DNA of 42,184 nt, taken from assembly GCA_040357565.1 (NCBI GenBank), contig JBDODJ010000096.1. One strand, written 5' to 3'. The first letter of the stretch is position 1. Every line of letters begins with the position of its first letter. The translations under genes and the position numbers were made by a program. The notes beneath the pieces were generated by a model. It was not told the origin of the DNA. It made no database searches and saw only the letters and a program-made list of their open reading frames with translations. Shown one piece after another: positions 26,744 through 37,677 of this stretch. The stretch is from Cercozoa sp. M6MM. Taxonomy: Eukaryota; Protista; Endomyxa: Ascetosporea.

Positions 26744-29093
26744 ATGAGCTCGACGAAGTACATGCAGTACATAGCGGTCACAACGCCTTCAGGCGAGTAC
26801 CGCGATGTTGTTCCACGAAGGTACGTTTATTTAGGGCTGTCCTCTTTTTTCTCTTCGCTTTTTGTGTGTGTATTTTTAACTTTTAGAGTCTTGACGAGTC
26901 TACCTGGGCGAGAAACGCTACTTGGACAAATGTTGGCTTGCGACCGGACGACACAGAAACTTCACTTGCCTCGTGATGTCCCTGTCTGGCTTCTGGGAAA
27001 GTTTGTCGCGTTGTTGTCAGTTGCTTCATTCATCAATCAGATAGCTTCCGTGAATCGATGCACCTTGTTTGCAGGGAAGACGCGACCCTACAACGCCAGT
27101 GCCAGCACTTGCTTCGTTTCAAGCACGGTTCTGGACTGAACCAGCTGCGGCAAAACGAGTCGAGGCACGCTTTGATTCGCGCTAATCTTCAACCACCTGT
27201 TTTTCCTACTGTGGTATGTTTATTTTCTTTAGCAAGCAGCTGGTGATTTTATATGTTTGCCAGGCACCGCATGGCTCTAGCGCGGACATCGATGAAGAAC
27301 ATGCTGAGCTTGTCACAGCGTCAGACGAGTTGCCTCTCGGCACAGCGGTAAATATGGCCGAGCTGACAGATGCGCTGCCGCAAGTGCTGCTGGTCATCAA
27401 CGACGCCTCGGCTTTGCACAATCGCTCGCTTCGACAGCTCCGACTGGACGCGCAGTATCTCGCCGGCAATTCGCTGGACCTGCACGTGGTGTACCGTCCG
27501 CCCAAGTTCTGTCGCTTTCTCTTGTCCAACACTCTGCGCTACTGTCGGAGACGCTCACCTCAAGCCGAAGAAAAAGACCCTCTTGGCTGCCTTGTTGCTG
27601 TACCATCGACATGATATGAGCGCGATAAACTTCATACTTGAGTTTCTTTTGTAGTCCGCAGTGCGAGCAGTTTACAACTCATGTGCGAGTAGCATTGCAG
27701 TTGGACTGGCGACGTTCCGCGCTTTTAGTTTTGTCGTTGAGAGTGAGCATACGCTGACGATTCGTTCGCATGCTTCGCGAAGTGTGCCGCCTGTTTGGTC
27801 ACTCACAGACACGTCAATTGAGGTACACGCATATTTTGTTGGATCTGCCAGGCACGAGAAAACAGTGGATTGTTGACAGTCGCTCCTGTCGTTGAAGCTG
27901 GCGATCCAAGAGACGCTGGATGAGTTGGGACGGGACTGTGGCTTCCTCACTAAGACCTCGCCTTCGCGATTGGTGTTCGTCCTCGCTGCGCCGCCTCCAA
28001 TTCCCGTGCACTATTTTTTAATTTCTTATGCGGCTTAACGTGATTTTGTGTTCAGTTGTGTGCGTCGTGGTTCAGTTCACGAGCAGGAGCTGTGTCTGTG
28101 CAAGCGGAGAACATGTTCACTCCTCCAAACCTGCCAGTGCAGCAGCTTGCAGCTGCTGGTGCCGATGTTGCGGCAGCGAACGCACTGGGAGCAGGCAGAC
28201 ACGCCCCTCGCCGCCAACTTAACGATCGCACGGATGAGGCGCAAGACATCGAGGCTGAGGCGACGGCAGCAGCTGCCGCAGGTGATGCGATGACGTTGTT
28301 CGTGTGTCCCGATGTCAGCGGCGTGAACCGCTTCTGGGACGCGTGGAGCACGAACTTCTGCATGGACTACCCGTCTCCAGGCGACCGCACGCCCTATAAC
28401 TCGATTTGCTTGGTGTGTCTGCGTAAGCAACGCATCGTAATTGTTGGAAGTCGCAGCGGTACTCCTATTATTCACGTTTTTGTTGTTTTTCGCGCTTATT
28501 GTTGTTTTGTAGTGCGCTCCGGTACGTTCTTGACAGGACCAGAACGGTTACAAAGCAAGGATCGTATTGCGCACAACCTTGGAACCATCAATTTGAGCTC
28601 CTACGGCGAAATGAACGACGGTCCCTTAGACGATAACGACCATGGCGTCACAGGCGAGCTCCATGACGCTCATTCCGACATTCTGACTTCTGACGGCGCC
28701 TCAGAGCATGGCGACACTGACATCAGCAGGTACGTTTCCGCTGCAGTTCTGGGTTTAGTTTGGTTTGTATTTCCCATTTGACTGAAACGTAGCGGCATGG
28801 ATGACGACGCCGGTGCCAGTTTCCGCAGCTTTGACGAAAACTATGTGAATCTGGCCACCCTTTTGTTTTGATGTCAATGCGGTATTCTTATGTCGACATT
28901 TGGGCACAGATTCGCCCGGCTCAAGATTACTTCGTGTTGCGCATTAAGAACCGATCCCATGTCGCCGAGCGAGATGCCAGAATGAACTTGCTCAAAGGTA
29001 CAGAAGTGCCTTGTGCTTGTAGTATTTCGGCTGCTAAAATTTACGACACTGCGCACAGGTTTTACGAACGAGAAGGAGTCTTCATCGGGTTGA
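26744..29093 (+). CDS. Hypothetical protein, multi-exon, family not recognised
   Basis: ATG 26744 (MSSTKYMQYIAV), GT-AG-bounded open exons with coding-like composition (e.g. 27264-27508, ~28100-28458, 28538-28729), and stop TGA at 29091-29093. Confidence 0.6.
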
Positions 29094-29388
29094 GTCTCTT
29101 GATTCCTTCGACGTGCCGTGGGGATGGCGTAATGCTGTACGTACAGCTCGAACGGTTTGCGTCGTGACTAAGTTAATTACATGGCAAATGATGATGTGCG
29201 GTGACACAGCTCATATCCGTTGAATGTGGAGAGAGCTCACATTAATGTGACGTGACGTCACAGTCGCGACAAGACGACTCGACGGACGACAGCAAGACGA
29301 TCAGACGCCGACGCGACGGCTTCGTCCTCCGACTCCCAGTCCGCCACCTCCTGTGAAGAAGATATCTTCAAAAGGGGAGTTGGATGGC

Positions 29389-29497
29389 CGACCCCAAGCG
29401 GGCGGGAACTATGGCCATGTGCTTGTGGCCCCCACCTTAAGACTGGTACAAAGGAACTCCATAGTTGGTGTCTTAGCGTAGTAGACTGAACTAACTA
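29389..29497 (-). repeat. Conserved 3'-UTR element, copy A (after the COX15 stop)
   Basis: Sense strand: TAGTTAGTTCAG..GCTAAGACACCAACTAT..GTACCAGTCTTAAGGTGGGGGCCACAAGCACATGGCC..CCGCCC..TGGGGTCG. Colinear with copy B at 35609-35697. Confidence 0.7.
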
Positions 29498-29504
29498 GCC
29501 AAGA

Positions 29505-30921
29505 TCAGAGTGGCTTGATGCCGAGCTCAGCAGCCTGTTGAGTAACCGTCATGCCGGGTCTCATCGGCGGCGGCACCTTGGGCGTCGCTGTTCGGAGAGC
29601 TTGCACCGCCTTCAACGCAGGTCCTGGAGAAACAACAAGTTCGTGGTAGAGGGTGAAATCATAGAGAACTGTACCTGGTCTCCGGGCAGCGTGCATAGTG
29701 TAGACACCGGCTGAAAGGAGAGCGACGGCACCGGCTTGGTGCGTGCAAGCGAGCGACGTGGGCACGCCGTGCAAAAGTGTACCGATACCAAGCGACATTT
29801 GAACGAGACCCATGGCACCGAGCAGCTTGCCGGCACGCTGAACCTTAAGCGACGGCACTCGCTGCGCCATCAAAGCGGTGGCAAAGCACGCGAGTGCCGT
29901 GGACTCACCCAGGTGCCGGTGGAAGAACTGCACCATCACCGAATTCTCAAAGGCGTTCTTCCACACCGGTTGGATGTACTCGTTGACGAGATCGCCGGGC
30001 ACCATCCGTCCTCCCATCGTGGGCCACTCGTCGTAGACACGACCGGCGTCGTTGCCGGCGACAAAGGCGCCGCTGAAGGCCGTGAGACCGACGAGGGCAG
30101 TAGCCACGTGCGCCATCGCCTTGAATCGCTTCGGTACCTTGGCCTGCAAGACGACGCGCATTACACCAGGTCTTACCAGTCCTGATACACTCAGTGTTTA
30201 TGCACGTACCACGTTCGCGGCATCCGGCTTGCGCATGTGCCACAGTCGCATGCTAAGTGAAAGCATGTACGTGTAGATGGCGAAGGCAGAGGCCAGGTGC
30301 GCGGCCAGACGGTAGGGCGACACGCGCGGTAGGTCGTTGTGCGAGTGCTTCTCGCCGTCAAGGCCGGACTTAACCATCCACCAGCCGACACCACCTTGGG
30401 CGGCTCCCATACCGAACAGCACACCTAGGTGCTTCTTCATGAAGGGCGGTACCTTGCCCCGTGCCTGCAGGCAACAGTGTAGCACACAGTGTCAACAAAC
30501 AGTGAAGGGCGGAGGAACTATTTTGTTGTACCAGAAAAACGGCAGCTGGCAGCGCGAAGGCGACGCCGAGGAAGCGACCGGCCATGCGGTGCAGATACTC
30601 GGGCCAGAAGATACGCTGGAAGTCGGACAGCTCAAAGTGTGAATTCGCGCGCTGATACTCGGGGTACTGCTTGTAGCGCTCGAACTCAACCTCCCACTCC
30701 TCTTGCGTACGCGGTGGTAGACTGCCCTGCGGTCGCCACGATGTCATACTCAGGCCTGACCTGCAGGCAAAAGATTCAACATCCATCTAGGTTCTGTGCT
30801 CTATGCTCGCTTTTTACCTCGACAGACGAGTGTAGCCACCAAGCGCAATAATGCCGTAAACGACTGAAGCACAGCCGCCCAACCAGACGGCCATGCCGCC
30901 ATAGCTGTACTTGGCCACCAT
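29505..30921 (-). CDS. COX15: Heme A synthase COX15
   Basis: IIALGGYTRLSRSGLSMTSWRP, EWEVEFERYKQYPEYQ, IFWPEYLHRMAGRFLG, QGGVGWWMVKSGL, RVSPYRLAAHL, GAFVAGNDAG, FENSVMVQFFHR and HQAGA. The ATG at 30921 follows a TTTAG acceptor, so further 5' exons may exist. Confidence 0.95.
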
Positions 30922-31371
30922 CTAAAAATAAAAGCGCAATGTAGACTGTGCATCTTGCGCACCACGTCAATGCAGATCAGTACCGTTTCAACAAATGACA
31001 GAAGTAGTACCACAACCCTGAACAATGGGATCGGTGCGTGTTCGCTGCAAGACCGGCGAGTATCGATGCCTGGCTACGTCCAAACATTACTATGTCGTAC
31101 GACTGGACTACTTAAAGACCAGCAATGTAGATCTCAACAGCTGTGCCCTGCAGCACAGGAGCAGGTGTGTAGAATACCAAGGCATATCGCTGCCGTGGGC
31201 GCTATGTCGTATGATTTCAATGCTATCCAAAAAGAGTGCCGTGGCAGATGAAGGTCGCTGATACTGTGTAGCTTTCCTGCGTCTCGACATTACCGAACGC
31301 GAGGTCGTGCACGTTTGGTACTGACCTACAAAGTATCCTGCTAGTTTATGGTACCTCAGTACTGTGGATTG

Positions 31372-34300
31372 ATGCAGACGGCCGACGACAGCATGGTGCT
31401 GCCGACGCCGTCTCCGCGACAGCGACCAAGCACAGTGGCCGACATTTCTGCGAGCGCCGATGCTTCCTTTTTCGCTCTCAGTCGCAGTCGCATCGACACT
31501 GCTCCTTCGCCTGTAATTCTTCTCGCTCGTCGGACCTGCATACACTTGTGTCACTCTGGGGGGCACATGTGTGTATACTTGGATGTGTTTCAGATCATTG
31601 ACGACGACGTTGAAAGCAGTGAGGCTCCGGTAGTTTTCTATGTTTTGTCCATGTTTGCACTTAGGTCTGTGAGTTTCCTTTAATGCAGGTCGGTCGTACT
31701 GCACGCGATGCCGCCGACGTGCACTACCGTCACGGGTATCCGCACATGTCGCATTCCTTCCTGCGGCCTCGCTCTCCGTCACCTGCGCGTTTTCGCTTCC
31801 GCTGGTGCGTTTGGCTGCTTGTTTTTGCCTTCTTGCGTCTTTGTCCCTTACTTCTTCACCCCTTCCTTGGTCGTCTGGGCACACACACACCTTTGTATGC
31901 TCCTCAGGCGCGCGAGGCGGCGTTCGCCATCACCGTGGCGTCGCATGCAGTCCATGTATGTCTTGTGTGTGTGTTTGTCTCCGTGTATCAGCGGGAACAT
32001 GTTTGGGCTGTGTCGTTTGCAGGTATATGGAGCGAGAGAGCGATGAAAACGACAGCGACTGGCACTCGGAAGATGCCGATGACCTGGCCGTCGATAGTGA
32101 CTTTGACGCTGGTACTCCGTGGGTTACTTGGCATGTTGAAGTGCGCGGATGTTTTTTTGATAGGCGACTTGGACTCTGAGGAACTGGCGGCACTTGAAAC
32201 GCTCGAGGTAGCCTGAGTTGTACCTCCTCGTACTGCTTCGTGTTACCCTTTACCCCGTCGTGCACAGAAAGAAGCCAAGGAGATCGCGGGACAGCACGTG
32301 TTCCGCGCCGGTCCGATGGGTCGGCCAAGTCGATCGGCCGCGCGCAATGCCATGCGTCGCCTGCGTGTCCGAGGGTGTGTGTGTATGTGTTGTGCCTGAG
32401 TGTGTGCTGTACCTGTGCCTGTGTGTGTATGTTGGGTTTGCAGAGGACCGCTGCCGGTACGTGCTGCTTGGTTTGTGTTCGACTTTGCCAGCGATTTCTG
32501 CATGGACACCTGGTGGCAGCTGCGCAAGGTACAGCAAGCCCCACACATCTACACTGACCCCCTACACACTGACCTCCTCCTCTTCTCCTGCAGTTGGCGA
32601 GAACTCTAAACGACACGCCTCGCTGCATATCCTTCTTACTTGTGTGTCTGCTCGCTCTGTCGGCCTTTTTCCCGGAGGTGGCCGTGTGGCGACGCGCGTT
32701 TACGACCGTCTCCAAGGGAACTGAGGTGCCCGAGGTGCCGATCGACCTGCCGACCGGCGACCTTGAGGCACTGCGGCACTCCTTCCGTCTGCTGCAGCAG
32801 CACGTGCAGAAACTCACGACACAGCTGTCGCACGAGACGCACCTGCGACAGCAACTACAGACGCACGTCGATACGCAGGTCGGGCAACTCGAGACGCACG
32901 TGCACACCGTCGAGGCCAACGTAAAGCACGTTGAAACCAGTGTGCGACACGTCGAAGCGACTGCGAAGCAAGCCGAGTCGGGTGTGAAACAGGTTGAAGC
33001 AGCTGGCAAACAGATTGAAGCAGATGTGAAGCACGTCGCAAGTGAAGTCGGTGCTGCCAGGGCACACTCAAATCAAATCGAAGCTGACGTGAAATTGATC
33101 AAACCTGACGTGAAAAAGGTCGAACAGCACTCCAAGCACGTCGAAGAATACACCAAGCGCGTCGAAGATTACTCCAAGCAAATCGAAGAGCGCTCCAAGC
33201 ACGTCGAGCAGCAGGTCACTCGCATCGATCAGCAGCTCGCCGGTGTCGGCGCCGGCGTGTCGCGTGTCGACGAGCAGCTCGGTCAGCTTGAAGCCAAGCT
33301 TTCTCAGCAGGTCGCACAGCAGGTAGCATGTCCATCAAGTCACGTGTGTTACATGTATATATATATATATAGATACATATATATATATGCGTGTGTGTGT
33401 GCCAGGTGGCGCAGCTCCGTGAGTTGATTGATTCTGTTTCATCGCCGTCCTCTGGAACGCCCTCCGACTCTGGAACGCCCTCCGACTCTGGAACGCCCTC
33501 CGACACTAGTGCGGACTTGTCGCAGTGGCGCGCGCAGTTCACGCAGCTGTCGCACCGCATGCAGCACAACACGCAGCACGTGCAGCAGCTGCAGGAGCAG
33601 CACGCAGATTTGAGCGACAAGATCGATTCGCAGTTTGAACGCGTGGATGCAGCCTACGACAGTCTGGCTCAACAGCACACCAGTCTGAACCAAAAGTACG
33701 CCGGTTTGGAACAGGAACACACCCATCTGGTTCAGAAGCACACCAGTTTGGAACAAGGATACGGCAGCTTTGACCAAAAGTACGCCACCTTGGACAAGAA
33801 GCACGCCGGTCTCAGCGAGCAGGTGACGCATGTGACGTCACAACTCTCGCAGGTCGACTCCCACTTGACGCAGGTGGACGAGCAGTTGTCGCAGCTACAA
33901 AAGAGAAACGTGCAGCACGACAAGAAGCATGCGCAGCTGAGTGCGTCGCTGGGACAGCTGCGCGACACGGTGACCGGCCTCTCTGTCGGCAGTGGCACCG
34001 GTGCCGAGATTGACCCTGCGCAAATCAATGCGGTACTCTGCAACTCTCTTTTGGCAATGTGTTCCTGTGTTTACGTCGATTGATTGGCGGTACCTGTGCA
34101 GCTCGTGCAGCAGCAGGTGCAGCAGCTCGCGCAAGAGCTGAGCGGCGACCTGGCGCAGAAACTGACTACGCGTCTGTCGAAACAGATCGAGCGGCGCGTC
34201 AACGAGGCACGCACCAAGCTCGGCGACGATCTCAAGCAAGTCGAACAACTGGTGTGTATTTTCTACTGCTTGGCCTACTCCTGTATATTCATACAACTTC

Positions 34301-35603
34301 CTGCAGGTGGAGCAACACGTGCGAGAACACGTGTCGCAACACATCGAAAGCGCTGTTAGCGACGCAGTTCAGCATCTTCGTGATGAGGTACCCTTCTCCA
34401 CGCGTCATTTAGCACCCATTTAAGCCTTTATGTTGCTAGATGAGTCAGTGGCGAAGCGGTGACGGTGTCTCGCGTGGCGAGCTGCAGCTCGCACTCGACG
34501 TGCAGCGCTACGGCGACGCGCTCCGTGGCATCGACCTTGCCTTAGGTACCTGAGGCAGGCAGCCCTCTTCCTGCTTACTGTATGCGGAAGCCACGATACG
34601 TTTGGGCAGGTGGCCGCGTGGTGCGTGCCTCGCCGACCTTCGATCCGTCCGAGCAGGATCCGAGTGCGCCGGTTCAGTACCCCTCCATGGTCATCTCGGT
34701 ACAACCCTCTCCTCCCCGTACATGTGTGTGTTGTACGTTGTGTTACCGTTGTTGTTTGCACAGCCTGGTGCTAAGCCCGGTCAGTGCTGGCCCATGCAGG
34801 GTTCACAAGGGTAAGTCCTCATTCTGCATGTGCCGCCTGCACATTGTGTGCGTGTGTTCGTCTGTTTGCAAGTGTCTGTGTCTAGTTTCCTGGAAGTGGC
34901 GCTCTTGAAGGCAGTGTCGATCGCTGCCATCGCTGTCGAGCATCTTCCTAGGTAATCCTTGTGGGTCTTTGCCTTTCACACTCATAGTGCCCTTTGCTTT
35001 AAACTCATTGCTTTGCTCGGCAATCCTTCATATGACATGTGCTGAGCAGTGAGTACGCTCCGTCCATGAGCTCGGCGCCTCGAGAGTTTGAGGTGCACGC
35101 ACGTCGCCTGGACTCAAACATTGCCGTACCATCTTCTTTGCGAGTCCGATAGTGCCTAATTTGAGGTGTGACCTGACGCAGAAATCCCTGGGAATCGCCG
35201 AGGAGGAGGTATCGGCGTACCTGTTGTCACTGACACCTGACGAACAGAGAGAGCAAGGTATTCCACCTGCCCGCACGTTGGTGTTCGTGTAGAATATGGC
35301 CTTAAATTTCTGGTCTCGAATAGGCTACCACCGACTTGGCTCCTTCGTGTACGATGTCAACAGCGACCACTCTGTGCAGCTGTTCCTGCCTGCAACGGTT
35401 TCATCTGTCTATCTTATCGTGCACCGCTTTGTTGGTGTGTGCACATGCATGTATGTGTCTGCCGTCAGGAGGAAGGTCGTGTGCAAGACGACGCCTACAA
35501 TGCCGTTGTGCTTCGTGTTCTGTCCAACTATGGACACGAGAACTACACGTGCCTCTACCGACTGCGCGTATTTGACTCCTTGCCGTCGCGTGCCCTCGCG
35601 TAG
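31372..35603 (+). CDS. SUN-domain (Sad1/UNC-84) nuclear-envelope protein with transmembrane segment and long coiled coil
   Basis: TM segment CISFLLVCLLALSAFF, a heptad-rich coiled coil (~32760-34340), and SUN motifs GGRVV, PGQCWPMQGSQG, SSAPREF, LGSFVYD and VLRVLSNYGHENYTCLYRLRV. Stop TAG at 35601-35603. The 5' end is unresolved. Confidence 0.9.
33451..33504 (+). repeat. 18-bp coding tandem repeat x3 (SGTPSD)
   Basis: TCTGGAACGCCCTCCGAC repeated three times in frame within the SUN protein. Confidence 0.9.
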
Positions 35604-35608
35604 TTATT

Positions 35609-35697
35609 TAGTTAGTTCAGACTGCAAAGAAGCCAACTGTGTAAGTCCTGGGGTGGGCACAAGCGCATGGCCGCGATCTACCGCCCATTTTGGGTCG
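35609..35697 (+). repeat. Conserved 3'-UTR element, copy B (after the SUN gene stop)
   Basis: TAGTTAGTTCAG..GCAAAGAAGCCAACTGTGTAAGTCCTGGGGTGGGCACAAGCGCATGGCC..CCGCCC..TTGGGTCG. Homologous to copy A and inverted relative to it on the chromosome. Confidence 0.7.
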
Positions 35698-36032
35698 TGC
35701 TCTCGCAGCGCACGTCGAGCACTAAAATTCTGGTGCGAGTCGCGTGGGTCGGACGGGATCCCGCGATGTTTCTCCGTATTCCTTCGGTTAATTTGTCGTA
35801 AATTTATATCTCCCTGTATCTACTAGTATTGAGTCTGTGTTTATACGATCAAGTCGACAGCTCAGTCCGCGATCGGTAACGATAACGTTACGCTTACGTT
35901 AGTGGGGTCGCCGTACATCAACTGGCGGGCGCGACTAACCGCCCGAATTCAAACGGAACGAAGCCAACGACGGCCGGGAAAGTCGTGTTTTGGTCCGCGA
36001 CCGATCAACACAGTGACATTTATACGATGTCG

Positions 36033-36665
36033 TTATACCCGCGCACGACAGTATGCGCAGTTGTTGTGGAGCTTCACCCACTGTGCGATGCCTAAACAGC
36101 CACATCGGCAAGCATGCGTTGTATCGCATCTTTTAATAAAACGAGACATAACTGCAGTACAGTTGCGGTGGAAGCAGTGCGAGTCCTCCGAATCGACGCA
36201 CACCGACAAGCGCACCGAGTCACCATTAAAGTCATCTAGACAGATGCTGCACTGGCCATCCTTCTGTAAAAACATACGCGCATACGAAAGCGCAAAGAAG
36301 CAAAATGAGACACAATCTTACATCGGGTACAGGGACGAACAAATGCTCGTCATCTTCGCACATTCGACGTACACTTCAAAACACAATATCTCACTCCAGC
36401 ACTTAATTCTTTGGTAAAAGAAGCAAGAACTGAAGCAATACCTTCGCTGCATGCCAGTGCGAGTATTCAGTTGCATGCTACAACATGAGCTGGTCCAACG
36501 AACTGCTTGAAGGAGGAGATACAGAGGCTTTACGGCTTCGACATGATTGACACAACTTTATAACCTCGTCGGCTGGCAAAGAAACCATGTTGCAACTCAA
36601 CCTGCCACACACACACTCATACAAACAAACAAACAAACAAACAAACAAACAAACAAACAAACAAA

Positions 36666-36729
<64 letters not shown>

Positions 36730-36753
36730 TGACACACACACACACACACATGT

Positions 36754-36801
<48 letters not shown>

Positions 36802-36811
36802 NNNNNNNNNN

Positions 36812-36861
<50 letters not shown>

Positions 36862-37283
36862 AACTGGCAGCTGGCTGAATAAACACACCTCATGTTGGCC
36901 CTGCTGAAAGGCTTGCTCAAGCTGCTGCGCGGTGGCTTGATCTGCGGCAAAGCGCAAATGTTGAAAATCTTACATACAGAAGACGTACCATAAGGAATCC
37001 AGGGTTCGTTTGCCTGTGGCTGCCACTGCCAGTGAACGTAGTCGTCTTTGGCGCTTGTCCGATTGCCGAAACACATCGTGCAGGCGAGGTCAGTTTCTGT
37101 GCAATTCCATCCAATGCGGCTGGGTGTTTGTCACTTGGAAAGCGAGCAACTCGATCAGTGGCAATGCAAAAGCATGGATGAAATGTACCATTGTTCCGCC
37201 AAGTGCAGCGCTCACCTACATCATTGAGGCTTGTCTGATGCATGAAAATACACGAACAGAAGGTTACAAATCCACTCAGCCAT
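36033..37283 (-). CDS. Small E3 ubiquitin ligase: RanBP2/NZF zinc finger + WWE + RING-H2
   Basis: Spliced NZF: MAEWICERCTWRNNETDLACTMCFGNR. WWE: VHWQWQPQANEPWIPYDQATAQQLEQAFQQG...GYKV...MQLNTRTGMQRSVRR. RING-H2: CSICLDDF...VC...HCFHRNCIAQWVKLHNNCAYCRARV*. Confidence 0.85.
36621..36858. repeat. (CAAA)n + (CA)n compound microsatellite with a 10-N gap, intronic
   Basis: Direct reading; inside an intron of the WWE domain. Confidence 0.95.
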
Positions 37284-37540
37284 GCCCAGGGTACAGTACA
37301 GCTAGACGCAATCGAGTCTGGATATTTTTTCAAACTATGTATCGATGCACGCTACTTCTTGCAGCTTTTCACGAAAACAGTTCTGTGAGGACTGTAAGCG
37401 CTAACGGTACCTCTCTACAATTCCATCAACCAGATTTTGCTCTAAAACCTTGTAGCCGAATACTCGACATCAACCCCTCTTTGAACGGGTGGCTACAGGC
37501 TACGAAATCTGCAGAACGGGTGCAGAAACCTGGGTTGTGT

Positions 37541-37605
37541 TTGTCTACAGTACTTGTCTGCAGTGCTTGTCTGCAGTGCTCGTCTGCAGTGCTTGCCTGC
37601 AGTGC
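37541..37605. repeat. 13-bp tandem repeat x5 in a divergent intergenic region
   Basis: TTGTCTACAGTAC TTGTCTGCAGTGC TTGTCTGCAGTGC TCGTCTGCAGTGC TTGCCTGCAGTGC. Confidence 0.85.
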
Positions 37606-37677
37606 TTCCTCGCGCTGCCATAAGCGCTGTCATAGCTGACCTAAGACTGGGGGGTTGGCTGTACTGGTTTGGGCAAG

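Noticed and set aside
29389-29504. SECIS or stop-codon readthrough signal as the explanation for the 3'-UTR element
   Set aside because: There is no AUGA/AA/GA SECIS core, and the frames after the two stops are not conserved (the SUN copy hits another TAG four codons later).
31930-33009. 359-aa minus-strand ORF
   Set aside because: It is the antisense shadow of the repetitive SUN coiled-coil exon.
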